NCBI GenBank assembly: GCA_973895155.1
Contig: OZ316899.1
Coordinates: 15,713,974 to 15,777,973 of the forward strand
Length of the DNA: 64,000 bases
Source: Marsupella aquatica
Taxonomy: Eukaryota; Plantae; Marchantiophyta
Direction of reading: 5' to 3'
A model generated the notes under the pieces. The model saw nothing but the letters and a program-made list of their open reading frames with translations, searched no databases and was not told where the DNA came from. This document shows, in pieces, positions 12,046-22,722 of this stretch (its first letter is position 1; each line of letters begins with the position of its first letter). The position numbers and the translations under genes are program-made.

Positions 12046-15000
12046 GGTGGACAATGAAATGAAATGTTTGCCTTTCCCATTTTCCAGGAATGCCTGCCTT
12101 TAAGGAAATGACCTCTTTGGAAATTCTGCACAGATGTAAACAGTAACATCGGGTACCAGGCTTTACCTCATGTAGTTTGTGCATTCAGGAGAGTAGACAC
12201 GGTACATGGTACATGACAGAGGATTTCAACGCTTGGTGCGCCAGAGTGCCGTGTCTGCAGGGTGTCTAGAAGGGGCATAGTGACTGCAGGTAATGCCTTG
12301 CTTGTGAGGGTCATGGACCATGCCCTCACATTCAATCGACGACCTGGACGCTTCCGGTACTCAACTGAATAGTGACACGCTGGTACTTGCAGTGAACCAC
12401 ACACTTCATCGACAGGTCAAGTTCACTGCTTGACCACCACATGCAGTACTTGTCTTCAAAGTACTGCACCCATTGGCGACATTTCAGCTTGGGAGAAATT
12501 TGGGCATTCCGGAATGGAGGAAGTTGATTCCCATTGTGGCTGATTGATAGCAATGACTTTGTCACTGATAATTTCTTCTTGGGGTATCTGGAATTACTAG
12601 CCAGCATCAGGAGACATGGCCATCGACACAGGTGCTGGTCATGAAGTGGGATGACTTCTTTGCATTCGCAGATTAATTTTTGCTGCAATCCAGCTTTTCC
12701 AAAGTAGTGTTTCTTGCAGCTTTGTTGTAGAAATGGGCATTTTGCATTCCACGGAATAGATAAGAGCTAGCACTTCAACTTACAACTCTGTGGGGTAACC
12801 CCTAAACCTCAATTCCCATTGTGGCGATCTTTGAGCATTCTAAATTACGGAATTCTAAACTTGCAGTGGCCAGCCATTTGTAACTCTGCCGAATTATTTC
12901 TAAAACTTCTGAATTGTTTTTTTTTTGTGAATGGGGTTTAGGGTTTACTGGGGTTTGAGTACACCTGGGGGTCGTGGTTTTGTGTGAATGTTAGTCCGAC
13001 TTTGTTCAGATGATTGCCTTAGTAAATGTTTTATGGCCAGGAGGTTTTGTTGTTGTGCATTGACGGAAATGCCAAAACATGAGATTTTTTCCCGAATGCC
13101 TTGGGTTGCCTTGAACCTTATTGGGCCATGATTAACATTCAATGGGGCAGTGTGGGGAACACACTCAGAATTTGAGGAGGACACGAAGCACAGTGCAAAC
13201 TGTTACTCAAAATTTGCTTCAAAACAGACATTTACAGGTTCGTGTGGGATCAGCATCTCCATGGAATGCAGAGTGATCACAGCAGAAGTGTCTACTATTG
13301 CTACTTGTAAGGAGGCTATCTATCCTATTGCAGATAGGCAGGACCTTCATATACGTAAGCGATTCCTCAGGTGTCCTGTTTGGACGGATCAGTTCAGTCA
13401 GTAGTGCTATTGACTATTGAGCTCTCAGCAATGTCAATTGGGTCTCCAGATCAATTCTGGCCCTCTTTTCCTTGTCCCTTCTCCGTATCCTATCCCTCAC
13501 CCTGTTGTCCTTTGTCAATGCTTCGTGCGCGTCCCTTCTGTCAACTAGTTCATTCGCTTTCCATCTATCGTGAGTTTAAATCATCTGCTGCCGGAATACG
13601 TTCTTCTCAGCTAACTTCTCCAAGGTAGGGATACCAGCCGTTTGAATGCGTGTGTCTGCAGGTACCTGGTATGGTTGGCCCGGTGAATATTCATGTGAAG
13701 GTTCTCCTCCATCCGATAGATATGTAACTTGACCACCAACGGGGAAGCCAAAGGTAGGTGCACAGGCACGGCTTGTCCATTCCGCTTTTGGCCGGCCTCC
13801 AAAGCCACGATTGTGTTGCCTTCTTCCCGATATGAGCCTTCTGCTGGAATGGCTGGTATATGCGTCGGATGACAAACCTGCTGTTGCTCCGCTGTTCTCT
13901 TGTGATAACTACCTTTGCCCTCGCCCACTGGTACAACTCAAACAGGTGCGTGATGAAAGTGGTGTCTTGCCGAGAGCGATCAAGTCCCTCACCAAACTGC
14001 CAAACACTTATCTCCATCTAAAAACAACCAACCGATGAACCGCTTGGAAGTGTACTTGTTGTTGACACGGACGGAGACAACTGTCTCGCAAAACAGCCGA
14101 GCCACGTAAACGATATGGTCATAGAGGACACTCTCCGTGGTAGCTCGGTGAAGGTTAAAGGAGTCGTTGGAATGCGCAATGTACCTGGCTTGCTCGGCCA
14201 AGTGGAGCCCCAAAATGTGCTATTATTATTATTATTGTCGCAGCTGTGGATTGAGTCGCACCTATTATGTTCCGAGCAAAGGCCCTCCGTCTGTTCAATG
14301 TTGAGGCGAAGGCAATCCCGGCGAGAACGAGGAACACCCTAAATTGCTAGTACGTTGATATCCTTTGAGTGGGCACGGCTTGACTGTCGGTCACAGTGAG
14401 TATGCAATCTTGGCACCTTCCCCAATACAAAATTCCTTCACCGGAAAGGGGGAAACAAGGGCGGTTCATCACAATTATGGGTGGGAGCTCCAGCCTTCTC
14501 ATTGATGTTGCCAAGTGACAAATGGGACTGGGAGGAGGGCCCGGATGTCCCTTATGCCTCCGAGCTTGAGTGGATCATGATTACGCTGCCAATCACCCGG
14601 CCGCCTGGTCCAAGTTTCAACATGAATGGGATCGAACACAGATTCTTCCTTTGAGCTGGACAACGACTGTCACCCCGCCTCTTGCCATCATAATACAGGG
14701 TACTTCAGGTGGTGTTTTGCCGTCAACCACCGTCCTTCTTGCCTGGTCTTTCTATACATAATACATATACACACATCATAATTACTCCCTACTGTAATTA
14801 CGTCTAGCAAGGCATCATTGATTTTTGAAATAACAAATGAATCATAGGGTTGGCAAAGGTAAGTTGAATTTGCTGGACGATAGATACCCGATCTCTGTCA
14901 TAATTTATTGCAAAGCTGCAATGGTACCTGGTGTCAGGTTGTGCCCATTGCAATTGTCCATCCATTGAATCTAGAGCTTGGAAGCCTTTTTTGTAGGCAG

Positions 15001-15081
15001 AGAGTGGTCCATAGAACAAATCCAAGCCACACAATGTACTATGATTCCCAAAACTCGAACTGTCAACGTCTACATCAATAT

Positions 15082-16656
15082 TCAGACAATTGATTTCCTA
15101 AATAAGCTCACAACAATTCTTCTCCTAGCGGAATCCATGTCCTGAGCCATGAAATCAAAAACCATGTCTAAACTACGGTACTCAGCAAATTTCATGACAA
15201 ATACGCCACAGTTGTAGTTGTCGGTTTGGCAAGGAATGTCCTTGCGTGCGTGCCTGGGCCACTCACGAGCCCAAAGGTGCTTCTGATTTTTGGTTCTCAA
15301 TTCGTCGTCCATGTATTTTGCCAGGTTTTTCAGAACATCCGGCTCTTCACCGTGAAGGGAATCCAGATACTCTAGGCATTTCTCGTTCCTGTCAATGACG
15401 ACCAACGTCCAATGGCTTCCGTCGTGGACATGAATAGGGACAAAAATACGATCACAATCAAGCAGGAAATACGTCAATTTTGAGGTCCATGACTCCACCG
15501 CCGCATAATTATAACCATTCTTTGTGAGTACCGAGTAGAACCAGGTATCAAAGAAATGGCACTTGAAGACTCTCATCTGTGATCTCTCTTCCATCGCTTT
15601 GATGAGACCAAAATATGTGTTGATAACCTCGGAAGTTATCCATTTTCCTGGAGAGAGGCATCTCATTTCTTTCCGGGTTATGATGCAACCATTAGCGGTG
15701 CTGACTAAAACAGCGTCTTGATCCAAGTCAGGACTCAGGCAAAAGTCTATAACGCCGTCGTTGGCCACCTGGTCCGGTGGAGGGTTTTCTTTTGGTGACT
15801 CATTGACAGTAGTAATGGATTTAGTTTTTTGGACCCGTGCGCCTCTTTGAATCGTAGGCTCGACGATAGTGCTATCCGATATTCCTCCTAGATGATGAAC
15901 TTCAGCCGCGACAACGGGCTTTCGACCCCAAACTGGGGTGCTATTATTGGAAAGACGATATCGCGGACGATCGTTATCGCGGATGATCGTTACTTGCGAG
16001 TCTCTTACCAAAGACTGTCTGGATAATAGCCCCGCCGGCGCTACTGCCCTGTCACACGGCTGAGGCACGTCTGTGTCTCCTTGGAGACCCTCGTCCACAA
16101 CGCTGTCCATTTGCATACTCGTAGGATAGTGACCTCTAGCTGCCCTGGCATTCAAATATTGTGTGGAGCAGCCCGGTGGTCTCCACAATGATTTTGCGAA
16201 GCTCAACACCTTGTCGAGAGACTTCATGTTCTCGGCATACGCCGTGAGGTCCATGACATCCTCCCTGGCGGAGCAGAATGAGAAGCACTCGCGTTCCAAG
16301 AGTAGTGCATGCTTCAGAACCTGCCCCCTGTAAAGAAATCGAGCACTATTTCCTCCTTTTTTGAGAAAGCTTCTATTATAGCTCGGATTATTGATATTGG
16401 TAGTGAAGAAGCGGCCGCTGGGCGATCTGAACAGAACCCGATTTCCTAGCCTAACTTTCATTGTCGCTTGTTTGATGCTAGCCATCTCCCCATTGGGACG
16501 GTCCGTCGATTCTTCCTTGCTTGCCTTGCGGAGCTCCACTTGGTCTCCATCTTTGAAGCTGAAATGGCCGGTGAAATTCTTGAAATGCGCTTCCCAATCC
16601 GGTTCCTTGTCTTGGGGAACGCCGAGAAAGATCACAGTTTCCACCACACCTCTCAT
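15082..16656 (-). CDS. Ulp1/C48 SUMO-type cysteine protease with an unknown N-terminal half; intact 524 aa ORF
   Basis: LSPGKWITSEVIN, FFDTWFY, IFVPIH..GSHWTL, YLDSL, PCQTDNYNCGVFV; His-Asp-Cys triad and oxyanion Gln are present. Confidence 0.92.
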   Translation of the reverse strand: MRGVVETVIFLGVPQDKEPDWEAHFKNFTGHFSFKDGDQVELRKASKEESTDRPNGEMASIKQATMKVRLGNRVLFRSPSGRFFTTNINNPSYNRSFLKKGGNSARFLYRGQVLKHALLLERECFSFCSAREDVMDLTAYAENMKSLDKVLSFAKSLWRPPGCSTQYLNARAARGHYPTSMQMDSVVDEGLQGDTDVPQPCDRAVAPAGLLSRQSLVRDSQVTIIRDNDRPRYRLSNNSTPVWGRKPVVAAEVHHLGGISDSTIVEPTIQRGARVQKTKSITTVNESPKENPPPDQVANDGVIDFCLSPDLDQDAVLVSTANGCIITRKEMRCLSPGKWITSEVINTYFGLIKAMEERSQMRVFKCHFFDTWFYSVLTKNGYNYAAVESWTSKLTYFLLDCDRIFVPIHVHDGSHWTLVVIDRNEKCLEYLDSLHGEEPDVLKNLAKYMDDELRTKNQKHLWAREWPRHARKDIPCQTDNYNCGVFVMKFAEYRSLDMVFDFMAQDMDSARRRIVVSLFRKSIV

Positions 16657-16902
16657 GTGCTGCCGCGGAGAACCTCAAGGGTACTCTTGAAATAGGTGTC
16701 ATATTCAAGATGGGCATTATTGTGACGCCAATGACATGCTCCTTATTCTGTAATCTGATTAAGTAGGTTGCTGTATGCAAGGAGTAGCTATTGATATTGC
16801 ATAACAATTAGCAAGATGGCAAGAATAAGGGCAATCATGGCGTTAAGAATAGGGAAATAAAAGCTATGTTGCGGGTGGTCGGCGACCATATCTCTTTCAA
16901 TA

Positions 16903-18996
16903 TGTCACCAAATCCGGATCTGTAAAGAGCATTGGAAAGATCTGGTCAAGGCGAGTAAAATCGATATAAAACACTCGGGAAACGGAGGTGTATTAAGGAA
17001 GATACAACCTGATTAGTGTGACGGGTTAACTTGTGGCCGGAATTAGCGGATTCGGCTTCAGTTTCGGGTTAACCCAAGCTCGGCCACGGCTTAGCTTAGG
17101 TAAGCACGGTTTCAGCTTAGCTCAGGTAAGCACGGCTTCAGCTTAGCTCAGGTCAACATAACTTCAGCTTAGGCTTAACCCAGGTTCGGATTAGATTGAT
17201 CTCAGGTTAGACTGAACTTGGGTTAGCCTAAACTCGGGCTCGGGTTAGCATAGGCAAGCTCGGGTTCGGGCTCAGCTTAGCCTAGGTTAGCGGATAGTGG
17301 GTAGCGGCCTAACCCGAGACCACGGGTTAGCTCTACTCGGGTTAGATAGGATAGCTAGGTTAGCCGAACTCGGGTTAGCTATTTAACTCGGGTTAGCGCA
17401 GCAGTGAGTACCCTCTCTCGGTTGCGGGGGGGCATAACTCTCTGTGTATTTGACCAAATCGGCTATAATTTACCTCGTTGGAAAGAGGAGCTCAAGCCGC
17501 TTCCAACTCTACTATCCGCGCAGAAAATGGTTGAATAGAGAAATCGGGAGAGGAGGCGCAAGCTCGCAAAAACCATGGAGGAGGGCCAAATCCGAAGTAC
17601 ATAGCCAATTCGAGATAGAAATAAAGTTGTGAGTTAGGGTTTAGTAGTTAGAGATAGTGGCGGCTCTGTTAGGGCTGGGATGGGGCTCCAACAGCGTAGT
17701 ATCCACCCATTTGGGCTCAGTATGAGAGTATATAGAGCAGCCCCCCGGTAGAGGCAAGGGGGGGGGCACTTCAGTTGTGTGATCTCACGTAGATTGAGCA
17801 GCAGGGAGGAGTTCTGTGCAAGGAAGGCTGGGCTTGGAAGCTGTGTGTTGGGGAGAGCTTGGTTGTGCTATTACTCAGGGAGTAATCAGCCATGCTTCAC
17901 AACAACAGTTGGCCAGGTTTGCAAGCTGGATTGTGGCTCTTTCTAGTAGGCAACACAACTGGGTTCTTTTCCCCCGATATAGAGCCTTGGTGATAGGTGA
18001 CGGGTTGGTGATTGTAAAGTGTGGGGAGGATTTCAATGTGATTTGCGGTGAGCACAGTAGGGAGGCTGAGATATTGATTGAGGGGCAGCAGGAGGAGCAT
18101 TTATAGTTTAGTCTGGCAAGGCTACGTGATCCATGGGGAGTCCCGGCCTTTGTCTGGTAGAGAGCACTAAGGGATTTATGGCCAGAGCTGAGCTTGCAGG
18201 GCAAGCATGAGGTCGGGCCTCATTATAGTCTGGGGTAGATTGCCGTTAGGCCTGGTACCAGCTTTGAAGTCGAGTCAACTGTGCATGCGTACTTGACATT
18301 CTGAAATGGAGGTGTGAGATCTGTATGTGCCCCCAAGAATGAAGTGCAGTGAAGGAGGTTGAGTTCAGGATTGAGTTTGCAAGGCAAGTACGGGATTGGT
18401 TCGAGTCCAATCTGTCATCGCAATCTGGAGTGAGCCGGGCTCAGGTTCAAGATTGAGCTTGCATGGCAAGCACGGGGCTTGCAGGGCAAGCACGTCGCAA
18501 TCTAGAGGAGACAGCCTTCAAGCCTAGTGTTCGGATCAAGTGTTCTCAGTGAACTATTGTGCACATCTTTGAATCTAATTGAGTTTTCCTCTCAAGCCTC
18601 ATTTCTCTCATGGATGTGTGTGTGTGTGAGGCAATCTGAGTGTATGATGGGACTAGCAGCGCCACTGAGAGGTGTACCGGGTGCACTGAAGTGGGTTGGG
18701 TGAGGGCTGTCACAACTCTGATTGCGGAGAGTGGAATGGCATAGTGGTGGGGCAATGGCTTAGAAGTCCCTAAGCCGGGAATCAGTCAAGAGTCACTGGT
18801 TTATGGGTACATTCCGGTGGCGGAATAGAAATATACCTATGACAGTAAGCATACGTATAGACATATGCGCACCGTAGCACTAGGCCCTGTGTGTACGGGC
18901 CCGATATGAATACCCCTTCTCACCAGAACTATCATGAGCACAGGATCTGATTCCCAACCTTGGTTCCTAAGGATTGAACTTGGGTGATGTGTGACA
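16903..18996. mobile_element. Probable large LTR or LTR remnant (~2.1 kb)
   Basis: Bounded by the inverted hexamer TGTCAC...GTGACA, non-coding, with internal repeats. Flanks CAATA and GAGTC do not form a TSD. Confidence 0.45.
17040..17400. repeat. Degenerate GGTTAG/GCTTAG/CTCGGG microrepeat array
   Basis: Many GGGTTAG(C) and CAGCTTAG units, including a 26-bp tandem duplication at ~17092-17150. Confidence 0.8.
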
Positions 18997-19039
18997 GAGT
19001 CTTGCTATGATAGTCTGGTGTTAAGGGCATAAATTGGTG

Positions 19040-21252
19040 TTTACTGGCCTTCACAACATCCCTTCGTGATCCTCAGGTACAAGGAGATGGTTTTGGCACC
19101 CATAGTGACGTTTTTGGTGTTAAGACCCATGTCAATCGCGTGACAATTATAGTTATCGGGGGGACCTCGCGCCGCCTCAATGATTTGTGCTAGAAGTATT
19201 CCCGGATGACAAAAAAGACGAGGGTCAGTGACTCGTTGGCCGGAATATTGACGACAATTTTCAGAAAATTCAATATTTCTGATTGTGTCCACGTATTGCC
19301 CCCGGTGTGTGTCAAGTCCACGATTGCAAGGGATACCACAATGCTCTCACTACAGCTGGCGCAATCGAACGGCGGCTCGGCCAAAGCAAGAAAATCTCCA
19401 GTGTAAAAAATTCTGTAGGGATCCATCCTCGACCGAATATGTCCGCCAAACTTCTTCAGATACTGATTTTGTAGCCTATTTTTCAAAGGCTCCGGCATGT
19501 CGGCCCTCTCGGACACCTTCACCAGGCTCCTGAAATATCCGGCATCGACCAATGCGTAACAGCAATCGAGTTTGTCGTTCGTAAAATCAAACATCCGAAT
19601 GACGTCCGTCCAGAGAGCACCAGCCAAAAACATTATGTCATAGTTTGCACGATAGAATCGCAGGATTGCGCCTTTGAGCTTGTCCGTATACTTTGCCTTT
19701 GCTGCCAAGTCGGACATGGTCGGCAGATCAGTTAAAGCATGTTTCTTTCTAATCAATAGCACATCACCCGAACAGACTTTCATTAAGATGTCGGTGATGT
19801 TGGATTCCCGCGCACCCTTGAACACTCGGAACATACTTCCGTTTAACCTCTTTGCTTCCTTTGGTTTGTGAGTAACCTCTCCAATGTTGTCGGGAAAATG
19901 TCCTTTCAACCAACTATTGCAAACTGCTCTCCACAGTTTGTACAAGTCTTCCGATCCGAATAGGATCCACTTGTACTCGCTAATGGTACTCACCTGCAGC
20001 GTGAGTTTTGCAAGCGCCTTGTACTCCTGATCATTATCAATCATAAATATGTGAATTGGAGAATTACACACGCCGCGTACACTACATACCCTGCATACCC
20101 GTTCACTAAAACACTTAAAAATGTAGTAATGATTTTCTGCCCACTCATCATATATATAAACACAAATCCTCCATATACTACCTGGAATTCGGTAGACTTC
20201 CGCCCAGAAGGAAGTGGACAAGCTGGACGACCCATTTCAATGTACTACAACCGGGCGTGCTCCACCTGATCGATGAATGGAGATGAAAACCTGTGTGCTT
20301 CGGCTTGCATGTTGTTTGCATGGGAAATCTCCACCAGAACTTGGGCAGGGGTCGAACCCTTCAAGATTCGACCCCGTCAATATTTCAGTAACTTGGCCGT
20401 TTGCATCAACGCCGATTGCGTTTGCGGACTCCTAATTATCCTCTTTGCAGCCATTGCCGAGTGTTGTCCACTGATTGCAAAATATTTTAATTCGGACAAC
20501 TTGTTGGAATCAGAATCAAAATCAGAAACAGGTAGGTCGATGAGTTTGTAAGCCCCGTCGATGCCAATGCTATAGGCAACCAGATCTGCAGGTAGTGGCT
20601 CTTGACCACTAATCATGAGTAATCATGAGTTTGACGAGGCGATTGACGTGATCGTCATTCAGTAAACGCTCGTTCATCTTGGCCGGCGGAGTGTGGATAT
20701 TTTCCACTGGAACTGTGCAAAGCATAGATAGTCCAAAGGAATATCAACACTCGTACAACTGCAAAGTCCTCTCTGCATTTTCAAGACGAGAACGATCGAC
20801 AGCAATGTCAAACTACATCCACATTCAGCTCGACGATGTCAATCGACTCCCTTTTCTTCTTCTCGACCCTGCTTGTGTCCCCTTCCTCTATCTTTGTTTT
20901 TGCTCCACATGCTTGTTCAATGTTCTCCCCCTTGCTTCTTTTCACCGTTCTTTCTGCTATCGCCTGAGGTTTCTGTTTTCCTGATGCCTCCCCTTTTCGT
21001 GCTTCCTTTCCTTCTTCCCTGGTTGCTGTTGCTGCTCTCTCTCTCTCTCGTAACGACCTTTCTTTTGGCTGCTTTCCTAGGCGTCTCATTCTTCGGCCCG
21101 GTCTTTGTTTGGGGTTCTTTGTCTTTGCTCCTTTCAACTTGCTGCCTCCCTCGCGTGCTTGGCACCGTCAACTGTATATAGCCCCTGTTTCTCTTTTTGC
21201 GATTTATGAATTGATCCGGCCATAATATGACTTCAAGCAGTTCCTCCGACAT
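19040..21252 (-). pseudogene. Second ParB/Srx-like-domain gene, with a possible methyltransferase-fold start near its 3' end; decayed and truncated
   Basis: PPAKMNERLLNDDHVNRL...YFAISGQHSAMAA (GxH motif), then FIDQVEHARL and FYTGDFL...VSLAIVDLTH. A 10-bp duplication AATCATGAGT at 20611-20630 shifts the frame; in-frame stops at ~20377 and ~20244. Confidence 0.5.
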
Positions 21253-22334
21253 GTTGCATCTACCTTTCACACCCTCATTATTACCCCCAAATCTGTCTGA
21301 ATGAGATGGATGACAAGGTTCCAGCTTCCTTGTTTTTGGCCCTGATTTGGACAAACGTCCAGCTTGACAAAGAGCTGGGTGCTTACGGATCCAAGTTTTT
21401 ACATAATCACAATTGAATTTGTTTGTAGTTTGCTATGAAGAACCAAAAACACACTTAAAGGTCTTCAAACTCGGTATTTGTTCCTGTAAAGAACAAGATG
21501 GGGTTGGTTTGATAGATTTAAACAATAATAAAGAACTAAAAATGTTTTCCACACATAGTAATCAAGTTTGATTACTTTAATAAGGTATTTTGAAGATTTC
21601 TCCATAGCAGTGAGTAGTTTTTAATGGTAACTCAGCATTGGGTAACCATAAATTAATGAAAATGAAATGATTAACAAAACACAAGAGAAAATAATCTCAA
21701 AGTACGCTAAGGGAGTCTGGAATAGACCAAGGTTACTCCTTAGACATAAGTCAAAATGAAAAGACTTAAGGATTCAAATCCATATTGCTTTTCAGATCTA
21801 AACTGCTTACTAGAGTACCTTTTAAAATGCCGTCAACATGTCTTATCCTTTCTTTCTAAGTGGTACTCAGATAAGATCTAAAAGGTAGCTACTTCAACAT
21901 TTAGATGGTACTGAGCAACACGAAAGAAAATCCATCAATTTCAATGAGACTTAAACTCAATGAGTTAACTTTAAGAACTCAAGAGATTGCAATGAGTCAC
22001 CAACAAGGAATCTATCATTACAACTCAAAAGATTTGCACAAAAGGAATTTTACTTCCTGTGTTTATAATCATAGGTAAAAACACAAAAAGAAGGTAAGTC
22101 TCTCCAAATGTTAAACCTGATCTCGAACTCATAGATTCATGATCACCTAGTTTAACACAAGGAAAAGGCAAAAATACATAACTTAACCATCAACTACACT
22201 AGTGGTGGAGGGGTCTTATAGTAAAAATTTACAGAGTAAGAGGTCATAAAGTCGAAGAGACATGCCTCTTTATACTCCTCAAAAAGTTAAAATGATGATT
22301 CAGTAAGTGAAAAGCCAAAAATCTGCCTAAGTCT

Positions 22335-22430
22335 GAACTCGTAAACTAGTAAACTAGTAAACTCGTAAGAATTTTACTTAGCAAAACTCGTAATCGTAAA
22401 CTAGTAACTCTTAAACTAGTAAACTCGTAA
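22335..22430. repeat. AAACT(A/C)GT octamer array
   Basis: About 9 units; the same motif recurs at ~28790-28898. Confidence 0.8.
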
Positions 22431-22722
22431 TGCGGTATTCTTAAGACTTGATGAATTCAACTATTTTTAACTTCCTACCTATAAGTCAGAAAACTCAAAG
22501 GTTCTGCCAGTAGGCTTTCCTAGGTACAGACTATATACTTAAGAAGTATGACAGCTTCCAAATCTCTAGAACGCATTTATAAAAATCAGATAAGATGCAC
22601 TACTCTTAAACCTAACTAAATCACTTAAGACTACTCTTCAAGCTTGCTGTTGGATGTCTTTTGGTTCGAGTAACTCCACAAGGGTAACAATCTGATTCTG
22701 TGTAACTTCGATTAGCTCAGCT

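Noticed and set aside
11635-12960. AAACCCTA/GGGTTTAGGG as an interstitial telomere
   Set aside because: Only 1-2 units at each spot; ordinary telo-box frequency.
12168-15034. Short ORFs between SNF2 and Ulp1
   Set aside because: No recognisable motifs; left unannotated.
16877-16888. TGGTCGCCGACC on the minus strand as a PBS
   Set aside because: It lies 14 bp from the proposed LTR end and I cannot match it to a tRNA 3' end.
22197-22204. CACTAGTG as the left end of the CACTA ending at 31948
   Set aside because: No match beyond 6 bp and no GTCAC subterminal repeats.
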